DNA from: a virus
Taxonomy: Duplodnaviria > Caudoviricetes
Direction: 5' to 3' (one strand)
IMG/VR virus record: IMGVR_UViG_3300044475_000010
Coordinates: 1 to 40,954 of that record
Length of the DNA: 40,954 nucleotides
A program made the translations under genes and the position numbers. Positions 16,982 through 24,795 of this stretch are shown in pieces. Numbering within the stretch: position 1 is the first letter of the stretch; each line of letters starts with the position of its first letter. The notes beneath the pieces are model-generated. The model did not search any database. It was not told the DNA's origin and saw nothing but the letters and a program-made list of their open reading frames with translations.

Positions 16982-17193
16982 CAGAAGTCCCCCCAGGCAC
17001 AGCGAGGTGCCCAGTCGGGGCATACCTTGGGGTGCTCGTGGCGGACAGCTTCACAACTAACCAGGAGGTGAGTGGGCGTCAGCGGCTTCCCATCGACGGG
17101 ACTGTAGCCAACACCAGAGGCGCACCGGGGGGTTCCCAGGAGGCCCAGGAAGGGCTTGCGGCGGTGCGTGCAATCACAGCAAAAGTTTTGCAT
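16981..17193 (-). CDS. Cys-rich small protein (70 aa)
   Basis: Start MQNFCCDCTH after AAGGAG; seven Cys residues. Confidence 0.65.
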   Translation of the reverse strand: MQNFCCDCTHRRKPFLGLLGTPRCASGVGYSPVDGKPLTPTHLLVSCEAVRHEHPKVCPDWAPRCAWGDF

Positions 17194-17206
17194 CAGGCAA
17201 TTCTCC

Positions 17207-19798
17207 TTAGAGGAAGCAATACTTCGATTCACGAACTTTGGACAGATCCAGCTTACCCTTGCGGGGCACTTGCGGGATCTTCTCCATGGCGTCTTCAGTC
17301 AGCGCGGCGGCGAACATATTGAAGAACTGGTTAATGACATCGTTCTTCGTGTAGGTCTCCACGAACGTCTCCCGGACCGCCTCATAGAGGATGCCCGCAC
17401 GGCCCGGACAGGTGCCGAAGGAGTCGTGGATGCACGCGAAGGATTCGACGCCACGGTCAGCTCCCAGGTTCACCGTCTGCATCATGTGCGAGGCGTCCAT
17501 CGAGTGGACAAAGTTGGGGCTGATACCGTTCACTTGGCGGTGACGATCAAGGGGGCTCGGGCCGTCCTGCTGGCCCTGCTTGTTAATCATCATGCGGATT
17601 CGGAGCGATCCACAGATGACCGTATCGACACGGTGCATCTGAGGGGTCCGGTATTCCTGCCATACGGGGAACCCGATGGGGGTTACCCAGTGGACGGGCA
17701 TCTGCTGCGCGGTGAGGGCGCTGGCGCATTTCTGGAGCCAGTCCATTGCCTCGACTGCCGCCACAACGGTGGTGGACAGTGCGCGCCAGATCAGGTTGGC
17801 GAGGTAGCGGGCATGCTGCCCAGGCTGCGGGAACACGTAGGTTCCATCGTCGCGGGCCGGGATGATCTTGTCCTCCAGCAGTTGGTCCGCGAAGCCGAAC
17901 TTCTTGGAGCCGTAGGGCAGGGTCATAACGGACCGCTTGGTCACCGACCGGTCAACGCCGAACGCCAGCCAGTTGCGGGCCATGGTGCTGCTCGACAGGA
18001 CCGGCAGGATGGTGATCTCACCCGTCTCCTCGTCGGTGCGGCTGGTCTGCGTATCCGGGATTATGAGGCTTGCGTCCCTCTCCAGCTCCTTCTGCACCTT
18101 CTCGGCCACCATGCGGTAGATGTCCGAGGGTCGGTCGGAGGGAATCAGGTTCACTGCCTTGCCGCCCAGTTCGTCGCGCAGCATCGCGCTGAAGTGCTGG
18201 ATGCCAGAGCAGGACCCGTCGAACGCCACGGGCAGGCCACAGCGGTAGGACTCCCCTTGCTCCACGGCACGCTTGTACTCGAAGCAGAACGCCAGGAAGC
18301 AGAACGGGCTGTCCGCGCCAGTCCACCAGAGTTCATCCAGCGGGGCAGCGGCGATGCTCAGGATCATGTCATGGTTGTCCTCGACCCACTTCAGGCGAAC
18401 GTCCATCGGCTCCTTGTCGTAGCCAGCGGTGTTTGCGCCTTGCAGCTTCAGCCACTTCATGCCATCCGGGCCTAGTTCGCACGGGTCAGCCAGCAGCAGC
18501 AAACCCTTGTCGAGGTCCGAGCCTTGCGGGCTGAAGATCGTGTCGGCGTAGATCCGACCACGGAAGTCCAGCGAGTAGGGGAACCAGATGCGCTCGAAGT
18601 CTGCGAACTTCTTGGCTTGGGAAAGCGTGAAGTCCTGCTTCTGCCAGCGCGACCGGCGCACCTTCTCCAGACGATACTTCTGGGCGGCGTCCTTCTTCCA
18701 CTCCTTGAACTCCTCGATTGCGATCTGAGGATCACCGTCGAACGGCTCGGGTTGCAGGAAGGGTTCGGGCTTGGGCATCTTCTTGATCGGTGGATTCTTC
18801 CATTGGGTGACCTCAAGGGCCACCTTCAGGACATCCTGATTGATGTGCCATGCAGTGTTCTGAATCGTGTTGACCGCACGGAGGACCTTCGAGAGGTCCA
18901 GATCGCGGTACTTCTTGTTGCGCCGACCAGAGCCCCGAACGAGGTCCGTAGGGCGGCGCGTCTCGGTGAACCAGTAGCCGCCCCCGATATGGCCCGACCA
19001 GGGCTTCGGGGGGAGGACCATGGGCATAGGGGCGCATGCGAGGGCCGCTAAGGAGCCAGTGCGCTTCACCAGCCATTCCTCGGTATCCGGGGTCAGGTGA
19101 ATGGAGTTCATCGCGTGCTGCGCCTTGTTGGTCTGGATGGTAACCATGCCGGTCGTCTCGATGACGATCTCCAGCATCTTCAGGCCGACCATGATGGTGT
19201 CATCGTTCGGCCAGGAGTCCCATGCCTTGATGGTCCCTTGGTCACGCATCGACTTCTCGACAGCGCGCACATACGCACGGCGGAAGACATCCCCGGACCG
19301 CTTCTGGATGTTCGGCAGGATCGCCTTGTGCCAGTGGTCTGGATCTCGGTCACGGATGGAGCCGAAGCGGGCCTCATCCTCAATGGCCCTTCCCAGGTTG
19401 CTGGTGATGGCCTGCACGGAGGTCTTGCTTTCCTTCCCGGATGCTGACGACTTCGAGGCCAGCAGCAGGTTGTACAGCAGGGTCCGCAGGGTGATGTAAG
19501 CGACCCGCTCAGGGTTGAGGTCGGCCAGATACTTCTGCGCCTTGTGGCGGCGGCCAGGGCCCTTCTTCTCCAGGAAGTCCTTCAGCGCCTGAGCGACGAT
19601 AGGTACGGTGTTCGCCAGCAGAGGGCGGGCCACTGCCGTATCAGCCCCTTCATTACGCTCGATCTTGGTGAGCAGATTCTCCATGAAGCGGCGGGCACCT
19701 TCGTCATACGACTCTTGCTCAAGAGCCTGCTGAACGGTTGCAAGGTCAGCGCCATACAGCTCGGACAGGGTTTGCAGAGTCTCAGCATTCGTAGTCAT
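17207..19798 (-). CDS. Single-subunit DNA-directed RNA polymerase (T7 gp1-like)
   Basis: Motifs DFRGRIY, FDGSCSGIQH, RSVTKRSVMTLPYG, PNFVHSMDASH and IHDSFGT; C-terminal KYCFL. Confidence 0.99.
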   Translation of the reverse strand: MTTNAETLQTLSELYGADLATVQQALEQESYDEGARRFMENLLTKIERNEGADTAVARPLLANTVPIVAQALKDFLEKKGPGRRHKAQKYLADLNPERVAYITLRTLLYNLLLASKSSASGKESKTSVQAITSNLGRAIEDEARFGSIRDRDPDHWHKAILPNIQKRSGDVFRRAYVRAVEKSMRDQGTIKAWDSWPNDDTIMVGLKMLEIVIETTGMVTIQTNKAQHAMNSIHLTPDTEEWLVKRTGSLAALACAPMPMVLPPKPWSGHIGGGYWFTETRRPTDLVRGSGRRNKKYRDLDLSKVLRAVNTIQNTAWHINQDVLKVALEVTQWKNPPIKKMPKPEPFLQPEPFDGDPQIAIEEFKEWKKDAAQKYRLEKVRRSRWQKQDFTLSQAKKFADFERIWFPYSLDFRGRIYADTIFSPQGSDLDKGLLLLADPCELGPDGMKWLKLQGANTAGYDKEPMDVRLKWVEDNHDMILSIAAAPLDELWWTGADSPFCFLAFCFEYKRAVEQGESYRCGLPVAFDGSCSGIQHFSAMLRDELGGKAVNLIPSDRPSDIYRMVAEKVQKELERDASLIIPDTQTSRTDEETGEITILPVLSSSTMARNWLAFGVDRSVTKRSVMTLPYGSKKFGFADQLLEDKIIPARDDGTYVFPQPGQHARYLANLIWRALSTTVVAAVEAMDWLQKCASALTAQQMPVHWVTPIGFPVWQEYRTPQMHRVDTVICGSLRIRMMINKQGQQDGPSPLDRHRQVNGISPNFVHSMDASHMMQTVNLGADRGVESFACIHDSFGTCPGRAGILYEAVRETFVETYTKNDVINQFFNMFAAALTEDAMEKIPQVPRKGKLDLSKVRESKYCFL

Positions 19799-19925
19799 CT
19801 TAAAGGATACCTTAAAGGATAATGTTAATCTAAAGTAATACTTAAAGAAACCTCTAAAGGCTCCTTTAGGTATAACCTTAAAGGGGCCCCTTAAGGTATA
19901 TACCTTAAACGGCCCCTATCGGCGT
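19798..19925. repeat. AT-rich tract of CTTAAAG(G)-like short repeats; probable primary replication origin
   Basis: Multiple cttaaagg/ctaaag/cttaagg units in an otherwise GC-rich genome, immediately downstream of a consensus phage promoter. Confidence 0.65.
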
Positions 19926-19932
19926 AATTCCC

Positions 19933-19949
19933 TATAGTGGGGGTTAATT
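19933..19949 (-). promoter_or_regulatory. Consensus phage RNAP promoter upstream of the RNAP gene
   Basis: AATTAACCCCCACTATA|GGGAA, with a canonical T7-type initiation region. Confidence 0.92.
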
Positions 19950-20288
19950 CAGATGCCCGTCCTCCAGGCCCTTGCGCAGGCCATAGTTGAAGGCCATTGC
20001 CTTGCGGCGGTCTTCGCTGACACGGGGGCGACCCAGGCACTTCGCTTCAGGCAGGCCGTCGATGTCACCGATGGGGCCCATGATGGTCTGCTCATCGGAG
20101 TGATGGTGGAGCGCCATCGGGCGGGTGTCGAAGGCTTCCAGCACCTTGTCGGTGAAGCCATCCAAGGGCACCTTGGGGATGTCGTGCTGCGGCTTGGCCT
20201 GCTTGATGTGATGCCATGCCCATGCTGCGAAGGCCAGGATCAGGACCGAGAACAGGATGACGTTGACAACCAGATTTCCGTAGCTCAT
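19944..20288 (-). CDS. Hypothetical protein with an N-terminal transmembrane helix
   Basis: AAGGAG RBS; hydrophobic segment LVVNVILFSVLILAFAAWAW. Confidence 0.75.
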   Translation of the reverse strand: MSYGNLVVNVILFSVLILAFAAWAWHHIKQAKPQHDIPKVPLDGFTDKVLEAFDTRPMALHHHSDEQTIMGPIGDIDGLPEAKCLGRPRVSEDRRKAMAFNYGLRKGLEDGHLN

Positions 20289-20346
20289 GTGTAGCTCCTT
20301 TTAGTGGATGGTGATGATGGACTTGCGTTGCGACAGTGCGTAGGCG

Positions 20347-21225
20347 TCAAGACTTAACGCCGGGCGATTCTGGGAGGTCACGAAAACCGTCCCATGAAGG
20401 ATGCCGTAGCCCACCAGCGCCCGTGCGCTCCATGAAGCGGAGTTGTACGTAGCGACCGACCAGGGCTTCGCGCTCATTCCAAAAAGTTTGGCGCTGCTCA
20501 GATGTGAACCCGGTGCCCACGCGGGTGGTCTCGCCAGACTCAAGCGCGACTTCAAAGCCGCCCAGCATGCCAGCGAACTGTCCTTGACCTTCAAAGTACC
20601 CTGTGATTTTGCCATCTTCTTCTTCCTCCGGTTTCATTTTCCACCAGCCCAGCACCTTGCCGGACTGAACTTCGCCGCGTGGGTCATGCAGGATGGCACC
20701 TTCCATGCCAATCGAACGTGCCCACTCGTAATACTGCTGCGCCTGCTCCAGGGAGTCCAGCGGCTCCATGTGCATCTGGCCGCGCTTCACGCCCAGTCGC
20801 TCCACCATGGTGTCAGTGGCGGAGTCGGCCATCGACTGGCGCAGGTCAAAGGGCTGGCTGTCCGCGCCCTTCAGTTGGTACTGGATCGGGTGTACCACAA
20901 GCTGGTCCAGCGGGAGCGGTGCCTTGGTGCGCAGACGCCCCGTGCCCTCGCGGAAGTTCAGGCCATCGACGGTAGCCTCGAAGTCGAATCGACCCGGTTG
21001 CCAGAAGATGTTGCTGAAGTCGCCCTTGAGGTGCGCCAGCGCGGGGATCGGCTTGCCACTGCGGGACAGAACGTGGCCCTTGAGGTCGTCGTCAATCTCC
21101 AGCAGGGCCCGGATGCCGTCCACCTTCACGGTCCCCAGCACGTAGCCGCAGCGGTCGATCACGGCTTGGATCTGCTTGGCGTTGAACTGGAGGGCCCCTT
21201 GGGGTTTAATGAATGGGGTGCTCAT
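20347..21225 (-). CDS. ATP-dependent DNA ligase (T7 gp1.3-like)
   Basis: Adenylation motif KVDGIR, EGAIL, WWKMKP, and an OB-fold ending in LRHPSW. Confidence 0.95.
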   Translation of the reverse strand: MSTPFIKPQGALQFNAKQIQAVIDRCGYVLGTVKVDGIRALLEIDDDLKGHVLSRSGKPIPALAHLKGDFSNIFWQPGRFDFEATVDGLNFREGTGRLRTKAPLPLDQLVVHPIQYQLKGADSQPFDLRQSMADSATDTMVERLGVKRGQMHMEPLDSLEQAQQYYEWARSIGMEGAILHDPRGEVQSGKVLGWWKMKPEEEEDGKITGYFEGQGQFAGMLGGFEVALESGETTRVGTGFTSEQRQTFWNEREALVGRYVQLRFMERTGAGGLRHPSWDGFRDLPESPGVKS

Positions 21226-21325
21226 GGTTGCGCTTCTCCTTGCGTTGGGTTTGCGCCTGCTGGTCCTTCCAGTCTCGGCGCGGCTTGGTGCGTTGGGTCT
21301 TGGTGCGGCCAGTGTTGGTCTGCAT
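21206..21325 (-). CDS. 39-aa basic peptide (T7 gp1.1-like)
   Basis: Read manually: MQTNTGRTKTQRTKPRRDWKDQQAQTQRKEKRNHEHPIH. TAATG overlap with the upstream stop, AGGAG RBS, and located before the ligase. Confidence 0.6.
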   Translation of the reverse strand: MQTNTGRTKTQRTKPRRDWKDQQAQTQRKEKRNHEHPIH

Positions 21326-21714
21326 TACCGTTTCTCCTTCTTCATCGGAATCTTGCTGCTGGTTTGAATGACTTGCTGCACCCGGTCCGCGAGGCGGAAG
21401 ACAGCAGCGGCCCCGATGTCCTGGTAAGTGGGCTGGTAGATGCGGCCACGGCTATCTACCCAGGGCTTTCCTTGGGCCTTGGCGATGCACGAATTCACCG
21501 CGCCCTTGATCTTGCTGAAGGTGCGCAGGGTCAGCGTGCCCTTGTAGCGCAGCGGTTCGGGCTCAGGGGCGGCCACGCGGCGGCCCTCACGCATGGCGTT
21601 GTATGCCCGCACATAGGCGTCATACGCGGCCTTGCCACGGGCGGCGGACTGGAGACCAGCGGCCTTTGCTTCCTCGAAGGTGAGGCCCAGTGACGGGCCA
21701 GAACGGTAGTGCAT
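21325..21714 (-). CDS. Hypothetical early protein (basic)
   Basis: AAGGA RBS; tiles with neighbouring genes. Confidence 0.75.
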   Translation of the reverse strand: MHYRSGPSLGLTFEEAKAAGLQSAARGKAAYDAYVRAYNAMREGRRVAAPEPEPLRYKGTLTLRTFSKIKGAVNSCIAKAQGKPWVDSRGRIYQPTYQDIGAAAVFRLADRVQQVIQTSSKIPMKKEKR

Positions 21715-21743
21715 TGTGATTCCTTGTGTTGTTGAGGGTGGTG

Positions 21744-22136
21744 TTATGCTTCGCGGATCAGGGCCTTGGCGAGGTCATGCGTCAGGTAGCAGACGTAATC
21801 CTCGACACGCTGGTGAGCGATCTTGAAGTTGTCGGAGTTGACAGCCGCATCACGCAGCACTTGCTCCAGCGCCCACGGGTTGACGGCCATGCGGTAGTGC
21901 TTGCCGACTTGTGCGAGGCGGAAGTCCAGATAGATGATGCCGGACTCGGTGACATCCATGTAGTGCTTGTCGCCCACGGTGCTGACGCTGACCTTAGTGG
22001 GCCCCTTCACCAGCGTGATGTCGCTCTGCTTGGTGACAAGAGTGGCCCCGACTGCTGCGGCTTTGCGCTTCAGGGTGTCCATGAAGTGGGTCAGCATGAA
22101 GCCAGCGATGACGGACGATTCAACGATGATGCGCAT
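21744..22136 (-). CDS. Hypothetical early protein
   Basis: AAGGAG RBS; tiles with neighbouring genes. Confidence 0.78.
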   Translation of the reverse strand: MRIIVESSVIAGFMLTHFMDTLKRKAAAVGATLVTKQSDITLVKGPTKVSVSTVGDKHYMDVTESGIIYLDFRLAQVGKHYRMAVNPWALEQVLRDAAVNSDNFKIAHQRVEDYVCYLTHDLAKALIREA

Positions 22137-22207
22137 GGTACTCTCCTTGAGTGGTGGTTAAAGACGGATGTGGGAGGAGCCCCTAAAGGCCCCTCGGGCA
22201 TCAGCCC

Positions 22208-23026
22208 TTAGCGTGGACTGCGCAAGCGGCGGTCCGTGCTGTTGCGGTAACCCTGCATCGGGTTCTGGAGGCGCACCGTCCAGCAGACATCCTCACCGGG
22301 CCCGATGTAGCGAGCCGAGTAGAGCCCTTCAGGGATCGCCTTGAAGGTGTCCGGGATGGTGCCCGTTGGGGTGTGCCAGACGCGGTACACGTCATCGCCC
22401 TTGGTCAGCGTGGTGATGCCGATCACGCGCTCCTCGGTGCCCGGCTGGATCTGCACGAAGAGGCCATCCTGGCGGATGCGGATCTGCTGGGACTGATGCG
22501 GGCCGTAGAGGTGCGCCTTCTGGGCAGCGGCGAGTTGCCCCTTGAGGGCGTTGACTTGCGCCACGTACCCGGCCACCACCTTGGCATCGTCCTTGCGCTG
22601 CTGGACCAGCTTGTCGCGGCGCTGGCGCACCTTGTAGAGGTCGGCTTGCAGGCGGTCATTGGTCTCGGTCAGCTCGCCCAGTGCGCTGGCGCTGGAGATG
22701 CGGACTTGCTCCAGAATCTTGTCCCGCTCCTTCAGCCGCTCGGTGAGGATGTCCACGCTGCGGCGGTGAGTGGTGCAGTTCAGGACGGCATCCGTGCTCC
22801 GTTCTTGGAGACGCCGGAAATCGTCACGGGTGCGCTCCAGGTCCTGCTTGCAGTAGCGGAGCTGGTCTTGGTAACGCTTCAGCTCTTCTTCGGCCACGTT
22901 GCGGTCGAAGTCGGCCTGGGCCATGTCTTCCTTGGCATTGGCGATCTTGTAGTGTGCACGCCAGCCGATGAAGGCCACAGCGGCGGCAGCGCCCAAATGG
23001 GCCAGGGTGGTGATGTCAATGCTCAT
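22208..23026 (-). CDS. Membrane-anchored coiled-coil protein
   Basis: N-terminal hydrophobic helix, long heptad-like charged region and a globular C-terminus. Confidence 0.8.
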   Translation of the reverse strand: MSIDITTLAHLGAAAAVAFIGWRAHYKIANAKEDMAQADFDRNVAEEELKRYQDQLRYCKQDLERTRDDFRRLQERSTDAVLNCTTHRRSVDILTERLKERDKILEQVRISSASALGELTETNDRLQADLYKVRQRRDKLVQQRKDDAKVVAGYVAQVNALKGQLAAAQKAHLYGPHQSQQIRIRQDGLFVQIQPGTEERVIGITTLTKGDDVYRVWHTPTGTIPDTFKAIPEGLYSARYIGPGEDVCWTVRLQNPMQGYRNSTDRRLRSPR

Positions 23027-23277
23027 TGTGCTTGCTCCTCGGTTGTTGCGGGCTTCGGTTGCGCCTTGGCACGGCGCGGCTTGGCGGTGTCTTCGGCCAC
23101 ACGCGGGGCGGGCTCCAGGGACGATGCAGCGGCCACGGCTTGGCTCATGGCGACCAGTGCTTCAGCGTGGGTAGCGTAGCCTTCGCTCACCCACTCGCCG
23201 CTGGAGTGGTCAATCACCGTCCACTTGCCGAAGTTCTCGGGGTTGGGGCGGATCTCGAATCGGGCACGGATGTTCAT
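23023..23277 (-). CDS. Hypothetical early protein
   Basis: AAGGA RBS; W.V.D...GY.T..EA motif and a low-complexity tail. Confidence 0.72.
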   Translation of the reverse strand: MNIRARFEIRPNPENFGKWTVIDHSSGEWVSEGYATHAEALVAMSQAVAAASSLEPAPRVAEDTAKPRRAKAQPKPATTEEQAQ

Positions 23278-23286
23278 GGTTTCCTT

Positions 23287-23433
23287 TCAGTGTTTGCCGG
23301 GCGCTTTACCGCCCTTGAGGGCCACCCACACGGTAATGCAGGGGACCAGATTGATACAAACCCGTCTCGTGTACGGGCTCCAGTGGGCTCCAATCCAGAA
23401 GGAGCCCCAGCGGGCGAGGATGCCTACCTTCAT
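23287..23433 (-). CDS. 48-aa Trp-rich hypothetical protein
   Basis: Read manually: MKVGILARWGSFWIGAHWSPYTRRVCINLVPCITVWVALKGGKAPGKH. It fills the gap between neighbouring genes. Confidence 0.65.
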   Translation of the reverse strand: MKVGILARWGSFWIGAHWSPYTRRVCINLVPCITVWVALKGGKAPGKH

Positions 23434-23435
23434 GG

Positions 23436-23681
23436 TCAGAAGTCCAGCAGGCGGGCCAGGGTGGCGCGGTTGGCGGGGGTACGCAATCCCTCGTGCAGTG
23501 CCAGCCAGAAGCGGGGCGACACGTCCACGGGATGCGACGGGTTGATGTTGTTCTGCCCTTGCTTGGCGATGCCGATGAGGTTCTTCATCAGCTCTTCAAG
23601 GGCAGCGGCTCGGGCAGCACTCTCCGAATCGTACAGGACGCCCTTGTGCTCGTACTTCGTGACTTCCGTGATGACGCTCAT
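23436..23681 (-). CDS. Hypothetical early protein
   Basis: GGAGG RBS and ATGA overlap. Confidence 0.72.
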   Translation of the reverse strand: MSVITEVTKYEHKGVLYDSESAARAAALEELMKNLIGIAKQGQNNINPSHPVDVSPRFWLALHEGLRTPANRATLARLLDF

Positions 23682-23860
23682 TGCTTGACCTCCTTTACGT
23701 CAGGTTGGTTGACACTATCAAACTCGTCGTACAGCTTGATAAGTGCGTTGTACTCACTGGTAGCCTCGATGGTGCGGACATAGGTGGAGAATGCACCAAT
23801 GGCCCCCTTGAGGCGGCCCGTGAAGTGGACACGGTACTTCTTGATCGGCTTGTTGCTCAT
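23678..23860 (-). CDS. Hypothetical early protein
   Basis: 60-aa ORF (GRLKGAIG motif) tiling the early operon. Confidence 0.7.
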   Translation of the reverse strand: MSNKPIKKYRVHFTGRLKGAIGAFSTYVRTIEATSEYNALIKLYDEFDSVNQPDVKEVKQ

Positions 23861-23862
23861 GG

Positions 23863-24012
23863 TCAGCTCATGATAGGCTTGATGTACTTACAAGCATCCC
23901 CGAAGGTCCTGAAGATCCTCGGAGTGCCACCTTTGGGGTGCCCTTCCCACTCGCCGGGCCCCTTGAGGGTTACCCTGCCATGTGCGAAGAGCCAGACGGT
24001 GCCGGGCCTCAT
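23863..24012 (-). CDS. Hypothetical early protein (49 aa)
   Basis: Likely start MRPGTVW via an ATGA overlap. Confidence 0.55.
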   Translation of the reverse strand: MRPGTVWLFAHGRVTLKGPGEWEGHPKGGTPRIFRTFGDACKYIKPIMS

Positions 24013-24209
24013 GCTACCTGCACCAGCTTGAGGGGCCCATCCTTGCGGTATCGCTTGGGATTGTCCCGGTAGCGCACCGTATGCCAGCCCAGAAGGGCCG
24101 CCGTAGGGCACGGGTTTGCCACTTGGTAGCCGTCCCCTACAGCGAGCCAGACGCGGCCATTGTCGGGCCCCTTGAGGTGCCCACTGATGACGAGATGCGG
24201 CTTAACCAT
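24009..24209 (-). CDS. Hypothetical early protein (66 aa)
   Basis: Likely start MVKPHL, overlapping the upstream stop, with a GAGG RBS. Confidence 0.6.
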   Translation of the reverse strand: MVKPHLVISGHLKGPDNGRVWLAVGDGYQVANPCPTAALLGWHTVRYRDNPKRYRKDGPLKLVQVA

Positions 24210-24738
24210 GATGGGCCTCTGCGGGTTTGCCGAAGTAGCGGGCCACGAGGGATTCCATGAGCGGAATCTGCCCACGGTCGAAGCGGCAATTCCAGGCATC
24301 AGCCTGCCCCGACATAGCCACGCAAGCCTCTACGCTCAGGCCATCCCCGAACGGATACTTGCAAACGTAGTCGCCGGGCTCGCCCTCGTAATCGTAGCCG
24401 AAGAGATCGCCACGGCGCACGAGACCATCACTGTCCCATGTGTACTCACGGCCACCAGATTGGAAGCGGATTGCGAGATGCCCCGTATTCAAGCCCTCGC
24501 GGTCCCACTCGTGCATGTTGTCGTGGCGAGTGATGCACTCCTCAATCTCACGCGGCGAGCGGCGCATTTGATGCGTGACCACCTCGACAGGCACGCCATT
24601 GGCCTTAAGAGCGGTGCCGATGAGGCCAGCCATTACCGCGCATCCGCCCCGATTGATGTGATAGCATCGGCGGTTGAGTGCCTTGTGAAGCAGGTACAGC
24701 TTGCGGATCAATTCCGAATGTTTCATGCCCTTCTCCAT
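24202..24738 (-). CDS. Hypothetical early protein, possible Cys-His-Asp papain/transglutaminase-like fold
   Basis: Spacing of GGCAVMA...GHLAIRF...YTWDSDG. Confidence 0.75.
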   Translation of the reverse strand: MEKGMKHSELIRKLYLLHKALNRRCYHINRGGCAVMAGLIGTALKANGVPVEVVTHQMRRSPREIEECITRHDNMHEWDREGLNTGHLAIRFQSGGREYTWDSDGLVRRGDLFGYDYEGEPGDYVCKYPFGDGLSVEACVAMSGQADAWNCRFDRGQIPLMESLVARYFGKPAEAHHG

Positions 24739-24795
24739 GAGTGGTTAGGTAAGACGTGCGACACTGCCCAGACCAGCCGGGCAGTAGCTCAAGCC

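Noticed and set aside
22208-23026. i-spanin with a nested o-spanin
   Set aside because: It is in the early region, has an extra C-terminal domain, and the nested ORFs (22423-22659, 22201-22395) lack a signal peptide or lipobox.
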